Assembly (NCBI RefSeq): GCF_009914755.1
Contig: NC_060931.1
Origin: the human T2T-CHM13v2.0 reference genome, Homo sapiens
Length of the DNA stretch: 64,000 nucleotides
Strand: one strand, 5' to 3'
In this document: piece by piece, positions 26,357 through 40,913 of the stretch
Layout: each line of letters starts with the position of its first letter
Numbering within the stretch: the first letter of the stretch is position 1
The notes under the pieces: model-generated
Told to the model about the DNA's origin: nothing
Database searches by the model: none
What the model saw: the letters and a program-made list of their open reading frames with translations, nothing else
Position numbers and translations under genes: made by a program

Positions 26357-27680
26357 AGAAATTGCTCTGCAAATACCCTTCTTTATTAATTTTATTTATT
26401 GGCTCTTGCATCTGTCAGCCGAAAGAAAGAAAGAAGCAAACACTGCCTAGTTAGGTAATTTTTACTTTGTATTAAATACAAATAAATTAGTTCATGTCAG
26501 AAGCAATAATTTTGAGACATAATTATTTTATGTCTAATTACCACACAAGGTAAGCTGGAAAATACCTTGGAGGGCTCTTTCCTACCTTCTGCCTTCAGTG
26601 CCTGTATTCTAATTGGTAGCCCTGCTCCCATGACAGAATGAACCAATTAGCTAAATTTCCATCCAGCTTCTTGCTAAAATGTCAGAAGTAAAACAGGATT
26701 CATTTAAAGGCACACAATAATAAATGTTGTCTATTTAAAATAAGGCACCATAGCCTATATTTTAATTTAGAAGACTGAAATGATTATTATCCTTGAAATT
26801 TTAACAGGTTCTCAGTATTTTCCTCATTTTATTTAATGTTGTGATGTGTAATATCACCTGAGTCATGGAGGCATTTTTGGAGAGTTTCTGAGCACATGAA
26901 ATCACCTTCACACAGAATAAATATAATTGGCTTGGATGCGTATGCACAATATATAAATGGACAGGGTAACTGTTAATCTAAATACCCTTCAAATCATCCT
27001 TGGTTTCTCTTTTTGTTTGATTTCCATTGCCTCTCCCCCTCCTGGTGCCATTTTCTTAGTATTTGGTTGTAAATGTATACATACATTCTCTTTAATTTTT
27101 CCTCTTTTTTTTTTTCCCATTGTCCCTGCCCCTGTCTTGGTTCTGATTTTCATGATCTTTCCTTTATGGTGATGCAATAATGTTCTATAAGATTTTCTTG
27201 TCTTTAGTGGCTCTTGTCTTTTCTTGTCTTTACTGCCTCACCAACGGTGACACTAATTAAAATGTCAAGAAAAATATCCCCAATTTTCCTATTTTAACAT
27301 GGCTTTAAGTACTCTTATTACTGGTTACCCTCATTTTTCTAGAATTGTCCCTCAGATTATTAGGTATCTTGTAGAGGTATGTCTGATGGAAAAATCCCTT
27401 TTCCAGTACAATCAACTTTCGGTGACAATAGGACAGGACGAGGGAAGTAGAGCTAGGAAAGGAAAGAATGACTTGACATATAATTCTAATTAGGTATACA
27501 AGGTAATGATTGTCACTTGCCATACCATAATGGAGGGAACAGGCAAATATAAGTAGTCAATGTTAAGAACAGATGGATGTGTGTATTATCTGTAATTTTC
27601 AAAGAGAATTCTTGATTATCCATTTGAGGTTTTGTGAAGCTCAACTTTAGTACTGTCTTTTATACTGTTGGTGATTTTAG

Positions 27681-28042
<362 letters not shown>

Positions 28043-29249
28043 AAGGTGGTATATATTTAAAGCTTAAAAATATCCATGAACTTTGACCCCAAACTCTACT
28101 TCTAATGATTTATCCTATGAAAATAATTGAAGATGTTTACAAATATGTACAAATAAGACATTTATCACAGAATTATGAACTAAATAAATTTTTGAGAAAT
28201 TTAATTTAATTAAGATTTTGGGAAATAGCTTAAATATACAACAGTATGGAATTGGTTAAGTGAATGTTGGTACACCTAATGCAGTGGACAAGCATTAAAA
28301 TTTATATTATAGGATATTTAACTTTAGAGGGGGAAATAATCATAAAGCTTTGTTATGAACATAAAAGAGCAGATTAAACAACTGTATTTTTGTGAGAATT
28401 TAAATATATATGTATATACATGAAGAATCCTGAAAGTCTATATACAAAAATGTTCTTAGTGATTATCATTGTGAGCGAGATTATCCAAAATATTAATTTT
28501 CTTCTTGGTGTTTTTCTATATTTGAAAATATTCTTCAAGGTTTACATTTGCAACCAAAAGAAAACCTATATGTTTTGTGTTTTAAATTATTGATTGTTTT
28601 ATGTTGTCTTCCTAATGAATACCATTTTTTTCTTTGCTTGTGCTTATCTATTGATTTTGATGAAGAATTGTTTTCTTTTAAAACGTACCTATGTGTTGCT
28701 ACTAATTATTTGAATGACAGTACTACCATTTAATTATTAACACAATACATTTAAGTAGTAATATTAGCATATGGCATTTAAGTAATATCATTAAGATGGA
28801 AATTATTCCCAGAAAACACAAAGATGTCAGGGATAGAGAATAGCTGCAGAAGTCATAATAATGCTGCAGAGGGCTTCTTAGCTAGCCTCCCAAGTCTCCC
28901 ATCAATATCTGAAAAATCAATTTTCTTACTCTCAGATTTCTTCTCAGTCTTAACACTAAGACTGGCTTGAAACTGGATGAGTTCAGAGGTTTTGGAGGAT
29001 TACCTTATCAGAGTAAGTTTATCCAGTTGGTAATATGTGAATGTTTACAAAAGTGTATTCATAAACTTAAAATCATAAAACTGAACAGAAAAGTTTGATA
29101 TTTATGAATTTATAGACAAGTTATTAATTAACTCTGTTTATTCAGTTAGAATATTCACATGGGGAAAGTTTCCAGGATAATTCTAGTCGTTCTCAGTGCC
29201 ACTCCAAACAAAGGAACAACAGCAAGGTAATTTTATCAGGTTATGATTG

Positions 29250-30037
29250 TGAGACAGGAAAATTCCCTTGACCCCCTCACGGGACTTGTGACTGGGGTGG
29301 CTTGCTTACTTGGCAGCCTCACTCAAACCCCTTGCAGGAGGGGGAGCACACAAGTGAGTGGGTGCAGGAGCTGGGACAAGTGCCTTTGGGTGCTGGCAGG
29401 AAAAAACCCTGTAGCAACCCGTGGCAGTGTATTGGGGTAGTCCATGACCTCTGGAGTCCCAGAGGGTGTGTGTTACAAACAATGCTGTTTTAGCTTTGCT
29501 GTCTGCTGATTGCTTAAGTTTAAACTGCTCAGTGACTAGTCAATGTGATAGCCTTTTTGGGTTCTTGCACCCAGTGCATCCCAAATTCTTGTCCAGCATC
29601 TAGGAAGAATCAGGTCACACGAATGCATTGAAGGGTGGCATAAGTGTAGGATTGTATTGAGTGATGGAAATGGTTCTTAGTGGGGTGGGGAGCTGGAAAG
29701 GGGATGGAGAGGGAAGATAACCTGCCCCTGGAGTTTGGCCATCCCTAGTCTCCAATGTCCAGCTGTCTCTTCTCCTCTTGCCATTCAGACACTTCCCTTC
29801 TCTTCTCTTCTTCTCTGCTGTGCTGCTCTGTTCCTCTGCCAGTGGAGTTTGGGGTGTTTATGAGTACACGTTGAGGGGTGTTGTGAACCAGGATGGTTTT
29901 GGAAAAGGCAACATTTAGGCAGGAAAACAGGAGTGCATGTTCTCATTTATGGCCACGGGTCCAGGCTTGACAGTGGAGCCCTTGCCAGGGACCCCACCCT
30001 GTTCAGCCTAGTATTTCCCTGCCTCCTTTCTGTATCA
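29250..30037 (-). mobile_element. ERV1 solo LTR, MER52/LTR27/LTR28 group
   Basis: TG...CA ends; reverse complement begins TGATACAGAAAGGAGGCAGGGAAATACT; 4-bp TSD ATTG at 29246-29249 and 30038-30041. Confidence 0.85.
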
Positions 30038-32864
30038 ATTGTAGTTACATCTAAAGATGTATTAAGCTTGAAACAAGGTTAGTGGCTTATAAGAGGAATC
30101 TGGAACTAAGATTGTGAGAATTGCAGGCAGCAAGAAAAAGCATGGCTGCCAAGGATGCTGTTCAGCTTTACTAACTTTTCAGGAGACAGTTAAGAAAATA
30201 GCAAGATAACTATTAGATATGCAAAGCCACTGAAGCCACAACTTCTGATAAATCCTTGATATTAAAGTATTTTTGAATAGATTTGAGAGGCAAGTCTATA
30301 TTTCTTTAGAAATTTGGTTTAAATTACTCATTCGAACAATTATTTTTTAGAAATAGGAGAGTCAAATTAACATAACTGAATTCTTAACTAGGTTAAACCA
30401 AGGTGTAATTGTACATTACTATCAACACGTAAGTAAAAATCCTAATTTGTTACATAAGGAAGCTTTATTAATTCTGGTAACATCTCACCATCCATGATTA
30501 ACTTACCATATTAAAGTGATCAGACATACAATTATGCTAAACACATAAAATTCTGGGTAAGTTTTCTTGTTTTTATTATTCTCAGCTATTAAAATGCAAA
30601 AGAAAATAAAATATTTTAAATTTTATTATCTCAAAGCATATAGTCTAATGTTTTTGTAACATTTTTGAACACTTATAATTGAAACTCATATTAAATAGGG
30701 AAATAACCACGGGCATTTAAATAAATTTTCACAGTAAAAAGTTTAAAATACAAATGTCTTTATACTGTACTATAAATGACCGTAGTTCTCTAGATATATG
30801 ACCCATTAATGGTATTGTACCATGATATTCAAGTATTCAAGTAAGTGTTTATGTGTACAGTATTAGAAAACTAATCAAAATAATACAATGTTTATTCTTA
30901 CGCAGGCACAAGGTAAGATCCAGCAACCCTTCCAAAACTTCTTAAGACCAAACTATTCCATTATTCATTGAAGAGGAAAATTGTGAACTTCCAGTTTGGA
31001 CTCCATATGGGTGAATAGAGGCTATTAAATGGAATTAAAACTTTCATCAAACTGTAATCAAATGATATAAATTGCTAAAAATTATATAATGAAGGTCAGA
31101 AGTCCCATTACACTCATTTTCCTTTTAAAGCTATAATATTAGTCTTTCATATTCAATATCCTGCTAACAAGAAGAAAAAATTCATGAGACTAGTATGCAT
31201 CTAGTATACTTGGGCTTAAACAAGTTTCTATGGCAAGCAACACTCTCCGTTATTTCAGCATTTTCTCTACCACAACCAGATGGGCAGCTTTGCCCTCCAC
31301 TGTCCCTGCTGCCCTCCTTGAGCTCTCAGCTAGCTCATGCCACTTTTTAATATCCTCCCATGGGCACCGACACATTCTATCACCCATCGTTCAATTAAAA
31401 TGTAATCTAATGAGCTACCTTTATCTATAAGACTCTTTATCTATAAGACTCAGTTGCCTATTGTAGATTATATTTCACATTTTTACAGGGAATAAATGGA
31501 CAATTATTATACCATTTATATAATCATTAATGATTCTATTTTTCAAAGTCCAAATAGTGTCAGACCAAGAGGAAAGATCTTTTCATATATTCATTCATTT
31601 AATAGATACACACACACACATGAATTTAGGAATTAAGCACCTCTTGTATATCGGGCCTAGTGCTACTATTGAGAATGCATCGAGGAACAAAGCCACACTA
31701 TTCCTGCCCTTTGGTAGCTCACTTTCTGGAGTGATGGAGGCATTAATCAAATAATATAAGAATAAACATGTAATTTATAACTGGGTTAAGTGCAATAACA
31801 AAGAACTTAGTTGTGCTATGACAGGATATAATTGGAAATTTGACCTAATTAGGGGCATGATGACTGAACTAAGAGAAGAATATGTAGATGTTCACTAGGC
31901 AAAGGAGGGGGATGGGGGAATGAAAATACTCTAGGTAGAGGCATCAGAAAGGGCAAAATCCCTTTGAGGAGTGCATGTGTACAAATCACTTCTGCTTCAA
32001 GCTCTCTGAGAGCTGGAGCCAGAGGTTATGGTGGCATTCTTTCCCTTTACATCCCACCATTTTCCCACACATGGCACCAACTCACCAGCTTGGTCAATGA
32101 ATCTATGCCATAAGACTGAGGGGCAAGATGAAAAAAGCAATGCAAAACAAAACAAACAACAAACAGAATAAGCCAAGTTATTCGAGAAGTAACTATGATA
32201 AATAAAATGTGCAATTTCGTCGCTTCTTTAGGTAAAGATCTTTAACAATTTAAGCACTTATAATGTGATGCTGATTATTTCTAATGATTTGGCAATAAAT
32301 CAATTAGATGGTGTACTCTAAAAGATTTTTAAATTTCTGAAGCAAAGATCTATTTAACCTATATGGAATTTAGATATTATTGATAATATGATGATTAGCA
32401 TAAATATTTTTGGATACTTAATATTGCTTTGACATTTTCACACATCAATTTCTCTGCATAAACAAGTTTTTATATAGATAACATAAAAAATAAAGAAAAA
32501 AGGCTAGAAAAGTCTTATGGCCACAGTAGTTAATTTTCTGACAAACTAGTTTTCTTTATCTGTCAAATGCTTTTTTTCTTTTTTGGAGTATTATGCTCCA
32601 AATAAATGGTAGAACTTGATAGTGATTATTTCCTCATGCCAGACCTGGAATGCTCTCTATCACAGTTACAGGTGAGACAGTCCAGAGTCCAAGTCAGAAA
32701 GCAATGCATTTTAATCTTGAAAAGCAGGTAGTTTCTGGAAAAAGATAATCAGTAGTAATTCTTTAGGCAAGATAAGAAAGATAAGGAAAAGAAAGAAAAA
32801 AAAAACGCAAATGCTTTTCCACTGTGGAAATACTCTAGTGGACAGGCAGATGTTTCCATCTGGG

Positions 32865-32866
<2 letters not shown>

Positions 32867-32908
<42 letters not shown>

Positions 32909-32925
32909 CTATCTATCTATCTATC
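32867..32925. repeat. Compound (GT)n(ATCT)n microsatellite
   Basis: Seen directly. Confidence 0.95.
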
Positions 32926-32934
32926 ACTATATTT

Positions 32935-33062
32935 TCTGGTAGTGATACTATATGTAGTATCAATAACCTGCCATGTTATTTCTCACTATAATTATATATA
33001 TTCCTTCTCCCCAGGAAATAACATGGCAGGTTATTGATACTACATACAACATCACTACCAGA
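32935..33062. repeat. 48-bp inverted repeat with 32-nt spacer
   Basis: Arms 32935-32982 and 33015-33062, 45/48 matches. Confidence 0.95.
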
Positions 33063-34427
33063 TACTATATACTACATACAACATAACTTTTATCTTCTGG
33101 GTCTGAAGATAAAAGTGATAACCATAATTATTTTTACCCTAATTAATGTTTTATGTCTTACCAAAAGGTAAAATCACTTTATAGATAATAGCATGAAGTT
33201 CAAGGCTGCCTCAGTTCTAATCCTAGGACATTGATAAAATTATGTAATTATTTTAAATATTTTAAATCTTTATCTATAAAATGGAGGTATTACCTCTTAG
33301 GGGAGTTGAAAGAATAAAATGATATAGGCTACATATACATACATATACATAAATATATTTTTACATATATGAAGTATTATATTATCATATATAGTATAAA
33401 TACTTTATAAAATATATACAGGTATGTATACACAAATTTATGTTTCTGTACTTATCAAGTGCAATATAATGATGCATAGAAAAAAGACAAAATCTGACAT
33501 CATAATCAGATTAATGATAAGAATATTTTTGATTTCCCATAACATAAGCCTTACGTAACCTAAAACATGGTGACACAAATTATCATCTACTACACCAAAA
33601 AGATTCCTCACTATTTCTTGTACCATTACTGTTTTTGGCTTGGAAACAGGTCCCTCATAGCCTTCCTCTCTGGGCTGCTCATGTGTTCATGCTTTCTTGG
33701 CCCTGCTATTTATTTCCTAATAGATGGCTGTCTCCCTGAACCTAGCAGTCTTTCACAGGGACTCCCACAAGCTTGTATCCCAATATTGGATCCAAACTCT
33801 ACCATTCTTCCCTGGATTTTAACTGAAACCAGGCAGTCATTCCTAAGGAATCAGTGATAAAGGTTGGGATGTAATTGAAAGGAAGAACAATGTATAGAAT
33901 GTTTTCCTCAGATTCCCTTGTAAGTTCTGCTCCCTCTTCTAGCTAGGGTTAGGAGGTTTTCTCTTTATCACATAGAAAATGTTGGTTACCTCCTTGCCCA
34001 AGAATCCTGGCCAAATCAAACTCCTGCTCCTGAATAGAAAAAGACTTTCTACTTAGTCCTGCCTAAAGCATGCTTCTCGAGTACATCAATCTGATTTTTT
34101 CCAAGGTATTTGACTCTGGGAATATCTATTCCCTTCAGGGGAAACCTCATACTGGACTCTGGGTATATGGTCTGGTCATGTGGTTCTAACATGACAGTCA
34201 CATAAAATCTGGTCAGCCAGTCTTAAAAACACCATGTGTATTAATCATAACCAGGCCAGGTATGGATTGCCAAGCTCAGTTCAGTTCATTTTCATTGTCT
34301 TCTCATTAAAGGTTAACCATGTTTTAGGATTATAGCAAATTATTTTGGCATACACCCCACAATGGGTCATAAATTTAGATATGTTTAGGGGTTTGACAAA
34401 TAATGTAAATGCAGAAGTTGTGTAGGA

Positions 34428-34615
34428 CAATGGTTCTCAAAATGTAGTCCTGGGACCAGCAGCATCAACATCAATCACCTGGGAACTTATAAAAATGCAC
34501 ATTCTCAGGCCCCACTGAATACCCAGCAGATCAAACACTTGGGGAGGGGCCCAGTAATATGTTTTAACAATCCCCACTGGTGATTCTGACTCATGCTTAA
34601 GTTTGAGAACCCCTG
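34428..34615. mobile_element. MER5A (hAT-Charlie)
   Basis: CAATGGTTCTCAAA...TTTGAGAACCCCTG TIRs, ~190 bp, internal CAGCAGCATC and CTCAGGCCCCAC. Confidence 0.9.
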
Positions 34616-36421
34616 GTATCAAATAATGGGGAGTAGTGGGTGACAGTAAACTAGAAAGTGCTAATGCATTAGAATCTAAGGTCAACAAACTGAGTTGCCC
34701 CAAACAAAATAAAAACACCACATCTGAGAGGAGAATTTATCCCATGGAACATGAGTTTATGCATGCAGATTAACAGGATTTGATACCTTTAATTTCTAGA
34801 ATGCCTCAGATTTTAGTTGGTTAAGTTTGAACTGTCTAGAAAACACCTTCCCTGTGGTTATCCATCTTGCTGTGTTCAATTATTGCTCTCTAAATAGCAC
34901 AGTCTTAACCATTCAGATCATTTGGAGTCAATGGGACATTCTCATAAAATAAGAATAGTAGACCATATTTGCACATTCCATGGAATAGAATGACCTGTCT
35001 CAATCAATTTTCTTATTGAATTGAAAATCTATAAAACTCATAAAAAGTCTTGCTGAACATGTAGTCCAACATGTTTGCTTTATAGATAAAGAAAATGAGG
35101 TTGGGAGAGGCTGGGCAACATGCTGAAGATCAAACGGTGAATTGATATAAAGGAGTTAATGTAGTGGTTATCAGAAGAAATCAAATGCATATATACTACA
35201 CATTGGAAGAGCTGTATTCTCTTTGAAATTAATATTCAAATTTATAAATTATGAGTATATAGCATATATGAAACAAAAATTCTCAATATAAATGCATATG
35301 TGAAATTATAATCAAGGCCAGGGTGAAAATTATTCAATCTTTACCTTATGAAAAAGTGGTATGTATGAGGAATTCTTTAAGTATTCCTATTATAATTAAT
35401 ACATTTGAATATGTGCAGCATACAGCATGACAAAATAACTCAGTTTTATTTTCTCTGCCTTGATTCTTTTATCCATGGATCATAGGTTAGAATGCCATAT
35501 ATATTTGAAGCTCCTTTCACTAAATGACAGATTTATAAGAGAAGGGTTCTTGTTTGCCAGGTTCCTGTAGTATCCCACTTTTCAGAGTTCTTGGCACACT
35601 GTCAGTTTTCAATAAACAGTTGTTGAACAAATGAAAGCAAAGACAAGCTATTTATTTTTCTTGCCTACTCACATCCCTTTTTCTGAAATTATGCTCGTTT
35701 AGCCTTAGCTGAGTGAGTATATGGCAGAACCTGTATTTCAACCCTTTCCACGATGACTGATGGAATGCATACCTGAGAGAGCCAGGGATAAATATGGCCA
35801 ATTACTTCCCTGTCTGGAAAATATGCAATTGGGACATGGAGGCTTCATGAGGCTGTGTTCAGCACTTGAACTGGGTGACTATTAGACTGGCTGTTTTCTG
35901 TGAATTTTTTATGGTCAAGTGACGATTAATCACTTATAATCTCTCAGGTGATAAGAATACTGCAGTCAATAAAACGTGCCTTTATGCTTGTATTTATAAG
36001 AATGTATAGATTATAAAAAATAATTTCATAAATCATGTTAAGAAGAAATTAGTGTTATGAAGAAAAATAAAGCAGGGTAAAATGATAGATATTTCAGTAG
36101 GGCAGTTGGGGACTGACTCTTGAGCTGGTAACATTTGATCAGAGACTTGAATGAAATGAGGAGCAAATCATATGGAGAGTTGGAAGGATAATGATCTAGG
36201 CAGAAAAACATCAAGCACAAACACTTGAAAGCACAAAGACTTGGTGGAGTGAAGTGAGTGAGACAGACTATAATAGGAGATGAGACTAGAGGCATATTTA
36301 GGAGTGGGATTGGAGTACCAAAATAAGGACTTCAGAAATTATTCTAAGAGCATGATTAAATATTTGAAGGTTTTAAAAAGAGGTGTGACTTATGTTGTGA
36401 AAAGGTGGTTCTGGTTGTTAA

Positions 36422-36995
36422 ATAAATGGAAACAGAAACAAATTAAGGTGCTAATGCTGGTGAAGAATAAGATAATCGCTTAGATTTAGATAGTAGTGGT
36501 TGATATGGTTTGGCTCTGTGTCCCCACCCAAATCTCATGTCAAATTATAATCTCCAGTGTTGAAAAGGGGGCCTGGTGGGAGGAAATTGGATCATGGGGC
36601 AGACGTCCCCCTTGCTGTTTCATGATAGTGAGTGAGTTCTCGTGAGATCAAGTTGTTTAAAAGTGTGTGGCACCTCCCCCTTTGCTCTCTCTCTCTTGTG
36701 TTCTACCATATGAAGATGGTGCCTGCTTCAGCTTCTCCTTCTGCCAAGAGTTTAAGTTTCCTGGGGCCTTCCCAGAAGCAGAAGCCTGTACAGCTTGTAG
36801 AACATGGGGGAAGTCTGCCCCATGATCCAATTTCCTCCCACCAGGCCCTTTTTTCAACACTGGAGATTATAATTTGACAAGAGATTTGGGTGGGGACACA
36901 GAGCCAAACCATATCAACCACTATCGCCTAAATCTAAGCCATTATCTTATTCTTCACCATCGTTAGCACCTTAATTTGTTTCTGTTTCCATTTAT
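36422..36995. repeat. 190-bp inverted repeat with 194-bp spacer
   Basis: Arms 36422-36611 and 36806-36995, about 11 mismatches by manual alignment. Confidence 0.96.
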
Positions 36996-37808
36996 AAGCC
37001 ACAGGGGTGGAGTTGCCCAAGTCCTTTGGAGCCCACCCCTTTGCATCAGTGTGGCCTGGATGTGAGGCATGGAGTCAAAGGAGATTATTTCAGAGCCTTA
37101 AGACTTAATGACTGCCCTGCTGGGTTTCAGTCTTGCATGGAGTCTGTGGCCCCTTGGTTTTGGCCAATTTTTCTTTTTTGTAATGGGGGCATTTACTCAA
37201 TGACTGTACCCTTAATTGTATCTTAGAATTAATTAACTTTTTTTTAATTTTACAGATTCATAGGCAGAAGGGACTTGCCTTGTCTTAGATGAGACTTTGG
37301 ACTTGGACTGTTGAGTTAATATTGGAATAAGTAAAGACTTTGGGGGATTGTTGGGAAGCCGTGATTGTGTTTTGAAGCGTGAAAAGGACATGAGATCTGA
37401 GAAGGGCCAGGCACAGATTAATATGGTTTTGGCTCTGTGCCCCCACACAAATCTCATGTCAAATTGTAATCCTCATTGTTGAAGGGGGGCCTGGTGGTAG
37501 GAGATTAGATCATGGGGTGGACCTCCCTTTTGCTTTCATTGTTATATTGAGTGAATTATCACTAGATCTGGTTGTTTAAAACTGTGTAGCACCTCCCTCT
37601 TTGCTCTCACTCTCTCTGTCCTTTTCTGACATGTGAAGACGGTCCCTGCTTTTCTTTTGCCTTCTGCCATGATTGTAAGTTTCCTGAGGCTGCCTAGATG
37701 CAGAAGTCTGTACAGTCCACAGAATTGTGAGACAATTAAACCTCTTTACTTCATAAATTACCCAGTTCCAGGTATGTCTTTATAGCAGTATGAGTATGGA
37801 ATAATACA
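36501..37808 (+). mobile_element. MSTA-like MaLR element, rearranged (partial 5' LTR, inverted copy, 3' end of internal region, 3' LTR ~37419-37808)
   Basis: TGATATGGTTTGGCTCTGTGTCCCCACCC start and TAATACA end; 5-bp TSD GTGGT at 36496-36500 and 37809-37813. Confidence 0.92.
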
Positions 37809-39369
37809 GTGGTGGATGTGCTAATGCCTAGATTCGAGATATATGTGAAAGTAGAGCTGAGAGGATTTACTGATAGTTTAGATGTGAAGTGTTAGCTAAA
37901 GAGATTTACTGGGTGAATCTGCTAAGTGAATATGATGTCATTTATGGTAATGAGAACACTTGGGGTAAAACAAGTTAGTAGGAGGTTGAAGTGGGCAACA
38001 GAATCAAGAGTTTGGTTTTGGGCGTGCTAAATTTAGGATGCCTATTAGACATGGAAATGAATATATTAAGTAGATACCAGGATATGTGTCTAGAGTTCAG
38101 CAGAGTGATTTATCAAGGCAGTTTTACTGGATTAGCAGAGACAAAAGGATGTTTGAGGTGAGTTCAAGAGTGAAGAAGAAGAAAGGAAGTAAAGACAATG
38201 GGTATATAGACAACTGGTACAAAGAGTTTTTTTGAAAGGAGATGGAGAGAGGTTACAAGCCATAAGGGGATTGTGGGTCTAAAGAATTTTTAAGATGGAA
38301 TATTTTAAAACATTATAACTTGAATATATGTACAACTATGGGAATAATTTTGAAGAGTATAGGAAAATGATGACACGAGAGAGGGGATAATTGTTAGACT
38401 GATATCCTTGAGAGGATATCCTTGAGATGAAGGGGTTGACTATAGACAGGGAACAATTTATCCACACTAACAAGAATGGAGTCAGTATATATGCGGACAG
38501 ACACAGGACAGTTGGAGGACAGTTGGTCAGTATGATGGTAGAGGAACATATGCTTTTCTAATTGCTTTTATTTTTTAGTGAAAGATGAGGTAAGTTTATC
38601 AGTTGACAGTAAGGTATGAGAAGGTGTTGGAGGTTTCTAGATAGATGAGGTATAACATTGTCTCCTCCAAGTATGTAAGAGCAAATTAACTAGGAAAATA
38701 TCTTGTGCACAAGAGAAGACTGAAGGAAGAAGAAACCTAAAATCTAGAAAGAAGATCAAGTGTTACAAGAGAGACAGAGAGGGTAACCTTGGTTCTAGCC
38801 CCACAAAAGGCTCATTATACCATTTGCCATTGGCAATGTCTCTGTTGCATAAATCCATTTCCCCTCCCTGCATTTTTTTTCTGAAGCTGGTTTGAAAATC
38901 GCTTGCAATCATTATTGATTCTTGATGAAGACACTGCATAAAGATAGAAGATATTATCATCATGTACTAATCAAATTGTATTTGGTTCCTGGCAGTTCCT
39001 TTGAAGTCTTCAAAGCCTTTCCCTCTCAGTCAGTGAAAATCATCACCTCATAAAGGCAGGAAAAAAAAGTTATTTCCATCTTTAGAATTAAGTCCTGGAA
39101 GACACAGACTGAAGTTTATGTCATTAAAAGGTGATTTTGAAGAACATGAGATCAGTCAGTGTCAGTTTGTTTCTTAATCCCCTTTCCTCTCTATACTAGA
39201 TAAAGATTCTACTGGCCCAGAAAGATGGAGAAAATTGGGTATGTGTAGTTCCAAACTTTTTATAAGCCATGGCATTCCTAAAAATTTAAAATATTTGCAA
39301 AGGCAGCAGGCGAAGAGCATTCAACAACAGGCCATAGCCAGCCACTCCAAAGAATGAGAGGATCAAAAC

Positions 39370-39478
39370 CTTATTACACTTGCACATTGTATGCTTATAT
39401 CAAAATATTATGTGTACCCCATAAATACATACAACTATTATGTATCTATAATAATTTAAAATTTTAAAAATTAAAAAA
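39370..39478 (+). mobile_element. L1MA-type 3' terminal fragment
   Basis: ATATCAAAATATTATGTGTACCCCATAAATACATACAACTATTATG plus A-rich tail. Confidence 0.75.
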
Positions 39479-40581
39479 TCTAATTACACCTGTAAGCCAT
39501 TTCCAGCACAGGTGCACTGTGGTACAACTGTAGGGAAGTTCTGGTAGAAGAAAGGGGAGGGCACAGATACTGGTACCAGTCCACTGGGGAGTTCTGAAAA
39601 GACTGAGTTCTAATTCTTACATATAAACTTCTGGCCTGAAGATTGTGATTCTTTAAAAACAAAAAAGAGGGGGAGGTCAGGAAGGGGGAAGAGAGAAAAA
39701 GAGAGAGAAAGAAAAAACACTTTATGAACTTATGAAGAGATAAGAGAGTATGGTTTCTTGTTCTTACTTCCTCCTCTCCAGCTGCCTCTATTTCAGGATT
39801 AGACAAAAGAGGCTTTCCTTCCTTTCAGGAAGAACATCGATATGTACTATACGTTGCCAGTGAAAGGAGAGAAATGAGAGCTGTAGATAATGTGTGAAAT
39901 CAACTAGCCCTCAGGTGTGGCATAATATCAGCTTTAGAAATTTGCTGAATAAGTTGAATGGCTGAAACTTTAATGACTAGTGTAACTTAAAAAGTCCTGA
40001 TTGGGAATGTCCTGTATCTTTGATTTGCTTCTGTTGACATGGATTTGAGCCTCTTCTTGTTGAGTATGACTTTTTATTTTGGGGTGATTTAAATGAATTC
40101 ATACAGCATTTGAAACCTCCCCAATTTATTAATTATCTTTACAATGGAAATTTTAGTTTCTTTCCTGAGATGGTTTCTCTGGGCTATGAAGTAATTCAGG
40201 TAAAAATTGTGAGTATTAAGAGAGATAAGTGCACATGCTGCTGCCAGTGCTGGAAATAAACGTCTTTCAAGGTCCATGATCAGTAAGAGAGAAGGGGGCT
40301 TTGGGGGAATGAGACTTCCCTAAATAACTTGCACTGGGTGGCCCAAAATAAATCACATCACATGACCGTGTGAAAGTCAAGTAAGAAAGAAAAATAATTG
40401 AGTCATTACAATATTGGTCCCAATTTGGAGATGATAACTGTCCTAAGAATTAAATCTACTTAGTACATAGATTCATCAGAGAAAAATCTTGATTGTAGAT
40501 AAAAGACAACAAATTCAACAAGTAAATAGGAAGAAAAATTTATATGCCTATTAATTTGTATTGATTTCTTATAGTATGTGA

Positions 40582-40913
<332 letters not shown>

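Larger units (their letters stand above)
36040..38700. mobile_element. Degraded L2 LINE, interrupted by the MST element
   Basis: Purine-rich L2-type motifs (GAGAGGATTTACTGATAGTTTAGATGTG, GAGTTTGGTTTTGGGCGTGCTAAATTTAGGATGCCTATTAGACAT) on both sides of the insertion. Confidence 0.6.

Noticed and set aside
38770-39060. Unique-looking stretch as a conserved element
   Set aside because: Impression only; no specific motif structure, and conservation cannot be assessed from one sequence.
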